NCBI GenBank assembly: GCA_963977015.1 | Contig: CAXBMO010000001.1 | Location: 192,001-256,000, forward strand | Length of the DNA: 64,000 nt | From: an uncultured bacterium | GTDB lineage: Bacteria > Verrucomicrobiota > Verrucomicrobiia > Verrucomicrobiales > DEV007 | Reading direction: 5' to 3' | Part shown: positions 9,251 through 18,388 of the stretch, one piece after another | Position numbering within the stretch: the stretch's first letter is position 1 | Layout of the letters: every line of letters begins with the position of its first letter | Program-made: the position numbers and the translations under genes | The notes under the pieces: generated by a model | Database searches by the model: none | Told to the model about the DNA's origin: nothing | Seen by the model: only the letters and a program-made list of their open reading frames with translations

Positions 9251-11188
9251 ATGATGAAACTGACCTTGAAAACCCTGTGCTCTCTGATTCCGCTCGCCTT
9301 GTTTGTGGGATGTGGAGGCGAAAACGAAAAAGCTGAAGAGCCGGAAATCTCCTTCAATCTTGAAGAAGACCTGGCGAAGTTCTACGCTGACAATGCGGAT
9401 GCGTTTCAATTCAAGTCTCTCAAAGACTTGCCGGACAATCTGCAGTGGGAAAGTGGCGCCGATCAGAAGGAATTTGGTTCGCCCAATGCGAAGAAGGGCG
9501 GGACGTACAATTACTTCATGCCGGATTTTCCGCGGACTCTGAGATTGGTCGGGCCTGGCGCCAGCATGGGCTTTCGAAGCTACATGCTCGACTACAACGG
9601 TGGTCCCGGCGGGATGGGGTTGACGGCTCGTCACCCGAACACCCTGGAGCACTTTCCCTGCCTGGCGCGCGAGTGGGCAATTGGCGAAGACGGGAAGACG
9701 GTTTTCTATCGGCTTGATCCCGAAGCCCGCTATTCCGACGGCGAGCCAGTGAAGGCTGACGACTACTTCTTTCTCTTCTACTTCATGAGGAGTCCTCACA
9801 TTAAGGCCCCTTGGTACAACGATTACTTTGAGAAGAAGTATACCAACATCACCAAGTATGATGAACTGACCATCTCCGTCACTTACTCCGAAGCCAAGCC
9901 TGATATTCTTTATCGCACGTCGCTGAAGCCCTTGCCGCAGCACTTCTATAAGGACTTTGGGCCTGATTTTGAAAAGCGCTACAACTTCGAGTTTGAGCCG
10001 ACTACGGGGCCTTACGAAGTGCGTCCTGAGAATATGGATAAGGGGCGTTCCATCACGCTGACCAAGGTCAAGGACTGGTGGCTGGAGGGGCGCAAGTTTT
10101 ATCGCTATCGCTACAATGTGGACAAGATTCATCTGGAGGTTGTTCGCGAGCCGTCCAAGGCCCTGGAAATCTTCAAGCAAGGGGATATTGATATTCACGG
10201 ATTGAGTCTTCCTGACTACTGGCATCAAAAGGTTCCCGATGATTCTCCGTTGGTGCAGAATGGCTATCTTCATAAGATTACGTTCTACAATCAGGAGCCC
10301 GGGCCGGATTGGGGGTTGAGATTGAACACCTCCAAACCGCCTCTGGATAACAAGGATGTTCGGATCGGTTTGCATCACGCGATGGACTGGGATCTCGTCA
10401 TCAGGGAAGTCTTCTATGGCGACTATGTTCGCATGGAGACCGCCGAATCCGGATTTGGCGAATTCACGCCCCCTGATTTGAAGGCTCGCCGCTTCGATCC
10501 AACCAAGGCGAAGGAACACTTTGCGAAGGCGGGATTTTCCAAGATGGGACCGGACGGAATTTTGACCAACGGCAACGGCCAGCGTTTGTCGGTCACGGTG
10601 ACGACGGGTTACAAGCGCCTCGAAGACGTCTTGACCGTGCTGCAACAAGCGGCGCGCAAGGCTGGCGTGGAACTGAATCTGGAGATTCTCGAGCAAACCG
10701 CCGCTTGGAAGAAAGCGGACGAGAAGAAGCACCAGATCAACTTTGCCGCGCTGAATCGCTCGGTCGAAATGTATCCACGGTATTGGGAGATGTATCACTC
10801 CTACCACGCCTACGATGAGAATGGCAAAGTGAAGGCGAATACCAATAACGATACCCAAACCGCGCTCCCCGAACTGGATGCGCTGATCGATCAATACCGC
10901 GCATCGGCGGATAAAGAGGAGATGCTGGAGCTTTCGCATCAAATTTCTGCGATTCTGTATGATCACGCGGCGTTTATTCCCGGTTGGCGTCGGCCGTTCT
11001 ATCGCGTTGGCGTGTGGCGCTGGATGAAGTTCCCGGAGGAGACCTTTGATGCCCGGACCGCGCGGGATTTCGAAGAGATGGGCGTTTACTGGATTGATGA
11101 AGAGATCAAGAAAGAAACTCTCGAAGCGATGAAGTCGGGGAAGACCTTTCCGCCGGTGATCAAGGAATACACGACGTGGAAAGAATAG
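9251..11188 (+). CDS. ABC transporter substrate-binding lipoprotein, family 5 (YejA-like)
   Basis: Lipobox FVGC, SPNAKKGG, ARYSDGEPVKADD, TGPY. Confidence 0.88.
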   Translation: MMKLTLKTLCSLIPLALFVGCGGENEKAEEPEISFNLEEDLAKFYADNADAFQFKSLKDLPDNLQWESGADQKEFGSPNAKKGGTYNYFMPDFPRTLRLVGPGASMGFRSYMLDYNGGPGGMGLTARHPNTLEHFPCLAREWAIGEDGKTVFYRLDPEARYSDGEPVKADDYFFLFYFMRSPHIKAPWYNDYFEKKYTNITKYDELTISVTYSEAKPDILYRTSLKPLPQHFYKDFGPDFEKRYNFEFEPTTGPYEVRPENMDKGRSITLTKVKDWWLEGRKFYRYRYNVDKIHLEVVREPSKALEIFKQGDIDIHGLSLPDYWHQKVPDDSPLVQNGYLHKITFYNQEPGPDWGLRLNTSKPPLDNKDVRIGLHHAMDWDLVIREVFYGDYVRMETAESGFGEFTPPDLKARRFDPTKAKEHFAKAGFSKMGPDGILTNGNGQRLSVTVTTGYKRLEDVLTVLQQAARKAGVELNLEILEQTAAWKKADEKKHQINFAALNRSVEMYPRYWEMYHSYHAYDENGKVKANTNNDTQTALPELDALIDQYRASADKEEMLELSHQISAILYDHAAFIPGWRRPFYRVGVWRWMKFPEETFDARTARDFEEMGVYWIDEEIKKETLEAMKSGKTFPPVIKEYTTWKE

Positions 11189-11192
11189 GACG

Positions 11193-12302
11193 ATGCCGCA
11201 AATTACCACCAACAACGAACAGACGACCGTTTGCGTCGAGCTTGGCGATCGCAGCTATGATGTGATCGTCGGATCGGGTCTTCTCGCCAATTTGGGTGAC
11301 CGCATCGCGAGTCTTTCCGGTTTGGCGAAAAGATGCGCCATCATCACCGAGGAACGCGTCGGTCCGCTCTACGGGGAAGCCGTCGCCGAGTCGCTTCAGG
11401 ACGCCGGGTTCCAGACAGAGACGATCACCGTTCCAGCGGGAGAATCCTCCAAGTCGATGAACGTGGTGACCTATATTTGCCGCGAAATGCTCAAACTCGG
11501 CTTCGACCGGAAGGCGTTCGTTGTTGCCCTGGGCGGTGGTGTGATTGGTGACCTTGCCGGGTTTTGCGCTTCTATATTCCAGCGCGGGGTTCCTTATATT
11601 CAGGTTCCGACCACGGTGCTCAGCCAAGTCGACAGTTCCGTTGGTGGCAAGACCGGTGTCAATACGCCTGAAGGCAAAAACCTCCTCGGGGCTTTCCATC
11701 AACCCAAGCTCGTGATTGCCGATGTAGACACCCTCAAAACGTTGCCGGATCGCGAGTTTCGCGAAGGGTTTGCCGAGATCATCAAGCATGCCGCCATCCG
11801 CGATGCTGAAATGATCGAGCTCATCGAAAAACAGGGGGACGACCGAACCGGGATCACCGAATTGATCGCTCGCAACGTCGCGCTCAAAGCGGGCGTCGTC
11901 GAAGAGGACGAGCGCGAAACATCGGGAACCCGGGCGCTCCTGAACTTTGGCCATACCGTCGGTCATGGCGTCGAAGCCGCGGCCGGCTATGGCGAGTTGC
12001 TCCATGGCGAAGCCATCAGCATTGGGATCATGGCGGCTCTGCGCCTCTCCACCAAACTTTCCGGACTCAAACCAGCCGAGGCCGAGCGTGTGGAAAAGCT
12101 GCTTCAACAGTTCAGCCTTCCCCGCACTTTGCCGGGCACCTTCCGGACCAACGCCATCATCGACCTGATGATGCGAGACAAAAAGTTCTCCGAAGGCGCG
12201 ATTCGGTTCGTCCTTCTCAAAGAGTTGGGAAGCGCCTTCGTCAGCAGTGACGTCACGCTCGAGGAGATTCGGGCGGAGATCGATCGGCTGATTGTGGTCT
12301 AG
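11193..12302 (+). CDS. aroB: 3-dehydroquinate synthase
   Basis: ALGGGVIGDLAGF, QVDSSVGGKTGVN, GKNLLGAFHQP, LNFGHTVGH, HGEAI. Confidence 0.96.
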   Translation: MPQITTNNEQTTVCVELGDRSYDVIVGSGLLANLGDRIASLSGLAKRCAIITEERVGPLYGEAVAESLQDAGFQTETITVPAGESSKSMNVVTYICREMLKLGFDRKAFVVALGGGVIGDLAGFCASIFQRGVPYIQVPTTVLSQVDSSVGGKTGVNTPEGKNLLGAFHQPKLVIADVDTLKTLPDREFREGFAEIIKHAAIRDAEMIELIEKQGDDRTGITELIARNVALKAGVVEEDERETSGTRALLNFGHTVGHGVEAAAGYGELLHGEAISIGIMAALRLSTKLSGLKPAEAERVEKLLQQFSLPRTLPGTFRTNAIIDLMMRDKKFSEGAIRFVLLKELGSAFVSSDVTLEEIRAEIDRLIVV

Positions 12303-12394
12303 CTTGCGCGAAGGCGCAGGCTTTGCGGTGAAAATTCAGTTTGGCGCGAATCGGGACTCGACCTTTTGGGGATACTGTTCGAAGTCTCTCCGCT

Positions 12395-13393
12395 ATGAGG
12401 CATTTCCACGTTTTTATCCTTACCCTTGGTTTCTTCTTCTCCCCGGTTCAGGCGCAAACCATTGACTTCCACTTTCAACTCTTTGAGCTCGATGACGCCA
12501 TCGCCGATGCGCTGCAACCACGCTTGATTGACGGTGGTCCGACCGCCGCCCAGACGATGGCCAAGATGCAGGACTTCGTGCGTCAACGTCGGGTGGGCCT
12601 GGAGGCTGACTTCAATATCCAAACCGCCTCCGGCCAACGCGCCAAAGGCACCTCCAGCCAGAAAACGCTTGAACTGGAGGACGAAAGAGAGGTGACCGAC
12701 GGGCTTCAAATCGAACTCGACCCGGTTCTAGATGCCTCCGCCAGCGTCGTGGACCTCAACCTCGCGGCGGAATACGCCCAACGCGATGGGGGCGATGTCA
12801 AGATCCGGCGTCTCACCACGTCCAGCCTTCTCAAAGTCGGCATTCCTGCGTTGCTCACCCGTTGGCAGGAAGGTGACGAGATCCTCTTCCTCATTGTCAC
12901 GGCAACCCATCCCGGGCCTCAAAGCGCCCCCGCCAAGCCCAATCGTCAGATCTTCATCGACGCCGCCATGTATGAATCAGATGCGGATGCCCAAGCCCAG
13001 CGCGATCCTGTCGCCCGTGTTGTCTTTCCCTCCCGGAGCGGCCAACGCGCGCGCAATGAGATCAGTGTGCCGATGTTCTTCGAAACCGGCGGCGGGTTGG
13101 AAGTCCACAACTTGGGCTACCATGTGGAGGTCGATCCCGTGATCGGGGTCGACGGATCCACCATCGATCTCGCCGCCTCCCTTTCCCACGGCAACAAGCG
13201 CGGCGGATCCGAGCGTCTTGCCGACGGCACCCGTCTCCCCAAAGTGGAGATTCGCACCAGCAACGCCAGCCAACAGCTGACCGACGGCCAATCCAAACTC
13301 TCCGCCGTGCTGCAAACCACGCTCGGCGGCGCGCAATCCGCAGCCGACACCTGGAAAGCGAACCTCGGCGTCAAGATCCAGACCTTGCAGTAG
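12395..13393 (+). CDS. Secreted protein with two tandem secretin-like beta repeats
   Basis: Signal peptide MRHFHVFILTLGFFFSPVQA. Two copies of SGQRA...G-x-x-(I/V)E(L/V)DPV(L/I)...(V/I)DL. Confidence 0.6.
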   Translation: MRHFHVFILTLGFFFSPVQAQTIDFHFQLFELDDAIADALQPRLIDGGPTAAQTMAKMQDFVRQRRVGLEADFNIQTASGQRAKGTSSQKTLELEDEREVTDGLQIELDPVLDASASVVDLNLAAEYAQRDGGDVKIRRLTTSSLLKVGIPALLTRWQEGDEILFLIVTATHPGPQSAPAKPNRQIFIDAAMYESDADAQAQRDPVARVVFPSRSGQRARNEISVPMFFETGGGLEVHNLGYHVEVDPVIGVDGSTIDLAASLSHGNKRGGSERLADGTRLPKVEIRTSNASQQLTDGQSKLSAVLQTTLGGAQSAADTWKANLGVKIQTLQ

Positions 13394-13446
13394 GTCGGTC
13401 GATGATCTTGAAGAACTCATCACCATCAAACACCCTCGTTCCGGCA

Positions 13447-13475
13447 TTGCCAAGCCGAGCCCAATCCCTTATTCT
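13447..13475 (+). promoter_or_regulatory. Sigma70-like promoter TTGCCA-N17-TATTCT of the small lipoprotein gene
   Basis: Near-consensus hexamers with 17-bp spacing, ending 9 nt before the ATG at 13485. Confidence 0.55.
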
Positions 13476-13484
13476 TCACAGCCG

Positions 13485-13661
13485 ATGAAAGCATTGTTCA
13501 GTTTCGCCATCTTGATCGTCAGCCTCATGGGGCTGCAGAGTTGCGCCGTGGCCACCGCCCCGGTCAAAATCGGCACCAAAGCCGCCACCACCACCATCGG
13601 CGTGGCCGGGAAAACGGTCGGGACCGGCCTTGAGATCCTGGACGCACCGTTTGAGGATTAG
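13485..13661 (+). CDS. Small lipoprotein (58 aa), absent from the ORF track
   Basis: MKALFSFAILIVSLMGLQSC-AVATAPVKIGTKAATTTIGVAGKTVGTGLEILDAPFED. Lipobox LQSC and its own promoter. Confidence 0.75.
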   Translation: MKALFSFAILIVSLMGLQSCAVATAPVKIGTKAATTTIGVAGKTVGTGLEILDAPFED

Positions 13662-13859
13662 ACTGGCAGGGAGTTGCCACTCACTATTGGAATATAGTTC
13701 ATAAAGAGGTTATGGTATGTATGAAGTTTTCGGCTGGTTCGTGAGCTGACGAATTGCCTTTGCCGAGATTTTGTTCTTGTTAGCGTTTTGATTCGCGCTA
13801 TCTGAAAGGTCATCAGGTGATCGACTGTATCCCTGGTGATTGTTCCTGTTTTTATCGTT

Positions 13860-14750
13860 ATGAACGAACTGCCCACCCAAAATTCTGATTCTGCCAAGAA
13901 TTCCTCTCCCAAGTTGGTCTCCATCTGGCTGAACGGGAAGCTGGTGGAGCGTAGTGAGGCTGCGGTGTCGCCGTTTGATCACGGGTTTCTGACTGGAGAT
14001 GGCGTTTTTGAGACGATGAAGACGTATGGCGGCAGGCCGTTCGAGTATGACCGGCATTATCGCCGCCTCGCGAATGCGGCGAAGGTGTTTGGCCTGACGA
14101 TGCCGAGTTCGGAGGCGCTTTTGGAGGCGATCAACGCGGTGTTGCTGGCGAATGGCGAGGAGAAGGCGGATGTGCGTTTGCGGGTGACGTTGACCGGCGG
14201 TGAAGCGCCGTTGGGAAGTGAGAAGGGGGCGGCCGAAGAGACGCTGGTCGTTGCGAGCGGCGCCTTGCCCGATCATCCGGAAACGGGTGCCGTGGTGACG
14301 GTGCCCTATTGCCGCAATGAGCGTGGAGCCTTGGTGGGCCTGAAGACGACGTCGTATGGCGAAAACGTGATCGCGCTGAAGACGGCGAAGGAGCAGGGGG
14401 CGAATGAGGCGATTTTTCCGAACACGCAGGGGCATCTTTGCGAAGGGACGGGATCGAATATCTTTTTGGTGCTGGATGGCCAGTTGATTACGCCGCCGTT
14501 GAGTGCGGGTTGCCTGACGGGAGTGACGCGGGCGGTGGTGCTGGAGCTTTGCGAGAAACTGGGGATCGAGGTGAAGGAAATCGATGTTCCGATTGAGCAG
14601 TTGGCAAAGGCTGACGAGGCGTTCCTGAGTTCAACGCTGCGTGAGATTCTGCCGATCAGCGCGGTGGACGGAGTTGCGCTCACCTTTCCCGGGCCGATCT
14701 CGCTCCGGATCCGCGAGGCGTTTCAAGAGATGGTCGCTTCGGTGCGATAG
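13860..14750 (+). CDS. PLP-dependent aminotransferase class IV (IlvE/PabC/Dat family)
   Basis: DHGFLTGDGVFET, GLKTTSY, EGTGSNIF, LTGVTR, ADEAFLSST. Confidence 0.92.
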   Translation: MNELPTQNSDSAKNSSPKLVSIWLNGKLVERSEAAVSPFDHGFLTGDGVFETMKTYGGRPFEYDRHYRRLANAAKVFGLTMPSSEALLEAINAVLLANGEEKADVRLRVTLTGGEAPLGSEKGAAEETLVVASGALPDHPETGAVVTVPYCRNERGALVGLKTTSYGENVIALKTAKEQGANEAIFPNTQGHLCEGTGSNIFLVLDGQLITPPLSAGCLTGVTRAVVLELCEKLGIEVKEIDVPIEQLAKADEAFLSSTLREILPISAVDGVALTFPGPISLRIREAFQEMVASVR

Positions 14751-14903
14751 ACGCCTTGGGCGTTTTCGGGGCAAGAGAATGGCTTGATCTTTGGGAATCC
14801 ACTGGGTAGGTAACCTTCCCCTGGATATGATTCCTGCGTTTCTGGCTTTACCCCTTACCAGTCGCGTTTCTTTAAACTTGGCTGAGATGTCCGATCCAAT
14901 CTC

Positions 14904-17789
14904 ATGAATCGGCTTCTTTGGCAGCTTCTGGTTTTTGGGGCAATTTCCACGTTTGCCAGGGGTTCGGAGCACCAAGAGGCGTTGGAGATTCTGGAACAGG
15001 GTTGTGTTGCCTGCCACAACGCTCACGACAAGAAAGGTGGCGTCATTCTCGATCGCAGTCCCATCGTCGTTGATGATTTGGCGTTGATTCTGGATTCGGT
15101 CAGCGGTGAGGAACCGGAAATGCCAAAAGAGCGGGAGGGGCTCTCCACATCGCAGATTTCGGCTTTGGAGAAGTGGGTGGCGGCGGGGGCTCCGATTCCG
15201 AAAGGACGCGTGTTGCGTGATACCTATGTGGTCGATCGGGCGTGGTGGTCGCTCCAGCCGATTGCCAATCCGGAACTGCCGGAGACGAACGATTGGTGCA
15301 GGACGGAAGTCGACCGTTTCGTGTTCGCCAAACTGAGCGAGAAAGGCCTCCAGCCTTCGGAGGAAGCTGATGCGCGAACGTTGATTCGACGCCTGACTTA
15401 CGACCTCACCGGACTTCCTCCGGTTCCGGAGGAAGTGGATGCCTTTCTGGAGCAGTCGCGTCACGACCCGGACCAGGCTTACGTGGAGTTGGTGGAACGC
15501 TTGTTGGCGTCGCCACGCTACGGCGAGCAATGGGCACGGCATTGGTTGGACGTCGCCCGCTACGGTGAGTCGCATGGTTATGACAAGGACAAGGCGCGCT
15601 TCAAGGCCTGGCCTTACCGCGATTATGTGATTCGGAGTTTCAATGCCGACAAGCCGTGGTCGCGCTTTGTTCGCGAACAGATTGCCGGCGATGTGCTGTG
15701 GCCGGGGGAGCCTGACGGGATTGTTGCGCTCGGGTTTATCGCGGCTGGGCCGTGGGATTTTATCGCTCATTCGGAAGTTGGTGAGAAGAAGCTGGATGGC
15801 CGGATCGCGAAGCATCTGGATCGCGACGACATGGTCAGCGCCGTGTTCAACGCGTTCCTGAGCACCACGGTTCAGTGTGCGCAGTGCCACAATCACAAGT
15901 TCGACCCGGTTTCGATGGAGGATTATTACCGGCTCCATTCGGTCTTTGCGGCGGTGGATCGGCGGGACCGGGTTTACGATCAGGACCCGGTGATGACGCG
16001 TCGGCGAGAGGCGTTGGAGGTGGAGATTGGTCGGCTCAGCAGTGAAATCGCGGCGATTGACCAGGAGATCAAGGAGCGTGGCGGGATCGAGCTTGCGCAA
16101 CTGGAGACGAAGGTGCGCATGCTGGAGAAGAACGGAGCGGCGTTGCTGAAGACGGTGCCGGAGCACGGTTACCATAGCCAGATCTCGCAGAATCCCGAGG
16201 AGGAGAAGTGGATCGAGTTCGTGTTGCCGGCTGAGGTGGAGATCGCGCGGATCCAGTTGATCGGGGCGCACGATCCCTATGCGGGAATCGGCGCGGGGTT
16301 TGGGTTTCCGCTGCGGTTTAAGGTGGTGGCCGACAACGTTTTGGTCGCGAATCACAGCGAGAGCGATGTTCCCAATCCGGGGGTCGCCCCGCTCGAAATC
16401 GGAGTGAGCCGACGGGCGAAGGTGGTTCGGATTACGGCGACGAAGCTGGCCGAGCGCAAGGCGGACTTCATCTTCGCGCTTGGCGAAGTTCGCATCTTCA
16501 ACGCCGCGGGTCAGAACATCGCGGGCACGGCCGCTTTGAGTGCGAAGGACTCGATTGAGTCCGGAATCCGTTGGGGCAAAAAGAACCTGATCGATGGAAA
16601 GTTTGCCACGGGTGGAGATCCGGCCGCAATGGCGCGATTGGCGGCGTTGCAGGATCAGCTCCGGAACCTGCGCGCCAAACTGGAGACGCCGGAGCGCGCC
16701 GACCGCCGTCAGCAGCTGACCGTGAAGTTGGAGGCGCACCGGAAGGAGCTTTCCGGATTGCCAGAGGGCAAACAGGTGTTCGCCATCGCGACCCACTTCA
16801 AAAAGAAGGGCAACGTGATTCCGACCGAGGGAAAGCCGCGTCCCATTCATCTGCTGCATCGGGGTGATCTGCGTTCGCCCGGCGCGGAGATGGAGCCGGG
16901 AGCGCCCGCGCTCTGGAACGGCATCGAACCCGTGTTTGCGCTGCCGGAAAACCACACGGAGGGAGACCGGCGGGGCGCGCTCGCCAATTACCTGACGGAC
17001 AAGAAGAATCCGTTGTTGTGGCGCTCGATCGCCAATCGGGTTTGGCTCTATCATTTTGGTCGGGGCATTGTTGATTCGCCGAACGACTTTGGGCGAATGG
17101 GGATGACGCCGACGCATCCGGAGTTGCTGGATTGGCTGGCCTTTCGCCTGCGGGAGACCGGATCGATCAAGGATCTCCACCGCGTGATGGTGATGAGCGC
17201 GACCTACCGGCAAAGCTCGGCGCACGATTCGCGGAAAGCGGATCTCGACAACGGGAACACGTTTTATTGGCGCATGAACCGTCGAAAACTGCGGGCGGAG
17301 GAATTGCGGGATTCGGTGCTGACAGTGGCGGGGAAGCTGGATTTGAAGATGGGTGGGCCGAGTTTTCGGGATTTCCAATTCAAGGACGACCACACGCCGA
17401 AATTTTGGTATCACCTTCACGACCCCAACGATCCCGACTCGCATCGCCGCACGATTTATCGCTTCATCGCGCGAAGCCAGACGCAACCGTTTCTCACCAC
17501 GTTGGACTGTGCTGACCCTTCGCAAATGGTGGCCAAGCGTGATGAAACGACAACCGCTCTTCAGGCTCTCGTGTTGATGAACAATCCTTTCATGACGGCG
17601 ATGGCGCGAAATTTTGCCGAGCGGCTCGCAGGCGCGGAGAATCCGATCGAAGAAGCGGTTCGAGAGGCGTTAGGACGTGCGCCGGATGCGGAGGAGTCGG
17701 CAAGCCTGACAAGCTATCTTGAAAAGCATGGTTTGGAGGCAACCTGTCGCCTGATCTTTAATCTCAACGAGTTCGCGTATGTGGATTGA
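14904..17789 (+). CDS. Planctomycete-type cytochrome c / DUF1549 / DUF1553 (PSD1) protein
   Basis: CVACH, RRLTYDLTGLPP, YGEQWARHWLDVARY, CAQCHNHKFDP, ANRVWLYHFGRGIV, PTHPELLDWLA. Confidence 0.92.
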   Translation: MNRLLWQLLVFGAISTFARGSEHQEALEILEQGCVACHNAHDKKGGVILDRSPIVVDDLALILDSVSGEEPEMPKEREGLSTSQISALEKWVAAGAPIPKGRVLRDTYVVDRAWWSLQPIANPELPETNDWCRTEVDRFVFAKLSEKGLQPSEEADARTLIRRLTYDLTGLPPVPEEVDAFLEQSRHDPDQAYVELVERLLASPRYGEQWARHWLDVARYGESHGYDKDKARFKAWPYRDYVIRSFNADKPWSRFVREQIAGDVLWPGEPDGIVALGFIAAGPWDFIAHSEVGEKKLDGRIAKHLDRDDMVSAVFNAFLSTTVQCAQCHNHKFDPVSMEDYYRLHSVFAAVDRRDRVYDQDPVMTRRREALEVEIGRLSSEIAAIDQEIKERGGIELAQLETKVRMLEKNGAALLKTVPEHGYHSQISQNPEEEKWIEFVLPAEVEIARIQLIGAHDPYAGIGAGFGFPLRFKVVADNVLVANHSESDVPNPGVAPLEIGVSRRAKVVRITATKLAERKADFIFALGEVRIFNAAGQNIAGTAALSAKDSIESGIRWGKKNLIDGKFATGGDPAAMARLAALQDQLRNLRAKLETPERADRRQQLTVKLEAHRKELSGLPEGKQVFAIATHFKKKGNVIPTEGKPRPIHLLHRGDLRSPGAEMEPGAPALWNGIEPVFALPENHTEGDRRGALANYLTDKKNPLLWRSIANRVWLYHFGRGIVDSPNDFGRMGMTPTHPELLDWLAFRLRETGSIKDLHRVMVMSATYRQSSAHDSRKADLDNGNTFYWRMNRRKLRAEELRDSVLTVAGKLDLKMGGPSFRDFQFKDDHTPKFWYHLHDPNDPDSHRRTIYRFIARSQTQPFLTTLDCADPSQMVAKRDETTTALQALVLMNNPFMTAMARNFAERLAGAENPIEEAVREALGRAPDAEESASLTSYLEKHGLEATCRLIFNLNEFAYVD

Positions 17790-17798
17790 AGGAGGTTT

Positions 17799-17823
17799 AC
17801 AGGAGAGAACGGAGGAAACAGAG
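17799..17823 (+). repeat. Left arm of imperfect inverted repeat flanking the GxxExxY gene (ACAGGAG AGAACGGAG GAAACAGAG)
   Basis: 9-nt periodic. Pairs with 18347-18371 at 21 of 25 positions, including 3 G-U. Confidence 0.7.
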
Positions 17824-17868
17824 GGGATTTTGGAATTCGTGATACCGTTCACGCTGGGGTAGAAATTT

Positions 17869-18297
17869 ATGCATCCACTTTTCCAGAAGGCAGATGGGTT
17901 GACCGGCGAAATCATTGCAGCGGCGATTGAGGTGCATCGCGCGTTGGGGCCCGGACTTTTGGAGAGCGTTTACGAGCGCTGCCTCATGCGGGAGCTGGAG
18001 TTGCGCGGGCTGAACGCCGTGCGGCAAAAGGCGGTGAAGATCGAATACAAGGGATCTGAGTTCGAGGAATCGCTTCAGTTTGATGTGCTTATTGAGGAAA
18101 GTGTCTTGGTGGAGGCAAAGGCGGTTCAGCAGGTTTTGCCCATTCATAAAGCGCAACTCTTGAGCTACATGAAATTACTCGACATCCCGGTTGGGCTCGT
18201 GATCAACTTTCACGAAATGAAGTTGGTCGATGGTGTTAGCCGCTTGATGCAGGCTGGAGCGAATCGGCGAAATTCAACCGAAGAAAGCGGAGGCTGA
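17869..18297 (+). CDS. GxxExxY protein (PD-(D/E)xK nuclease-like family)
   Basis: IIAAAIEVHRALGPGLLESVYERCL...FDVLIE..LVEAK...HKAQLLSYMKL...GLVINF. Confidence 0.93.
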   Translation: MHPLFQKADGLTGEIIAAAIEVHRALGPGLLESVYERCLMRELELRGLNAVRQKAVKIEYKGSEFEESLQFDVLIEESVLVEAKAVQQVLPIHKAQLLSYMKLLDIPVGLVINFHEMKLVDGVSRLMQAGANRRNSTEESGG

Positions 18298-18346
18298 TGA
18301 TGAATGGGGTGTCCCGAATCGCGCGTTCCCAATTGGCAATTGCGGT

Positions 18347-18371
18347 CTCCGTTGACTTCGTTTCCTCTTGT
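18347..18371 (-). repeat. Right arm of inverted repeat flanking the GxxExxY gene
   Basis: CTCCGTTGACTTCGTTTCCTCTTGT; reverse complement is ACAAGAG GAAACGAAG TCAACGGAG. Confidence 0.7.
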
Positions 18372-18388
18372 TTGAAAACCTTCCTGTT

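Noticed and set aside
9104-11215. 703-aa minus-strand ORF
   Set aside because: Antisense to the ABC substrate-binding gene; typical high-GC shadow frame.
13692-13722. Canonical dif site
   Set aside because: The spacer is 5 bp rather than 6, the XerD arm diverges, and the skew polarity is origin-like rather than terminus-like. Kept only as part of the skew finding.
14751-14903. Possible riboswitch hairpin before the DUF1553 gene
   Set aside because: Only a weak bulged stem, with no match to any riboswitch consensus I recognise.
14631-17525. 964-aa minus-strand ORF
   Set aside because: Antisense to the DUF1553 gene. Arg/His-rich shadow composition, favoured by the strong local codon skew.
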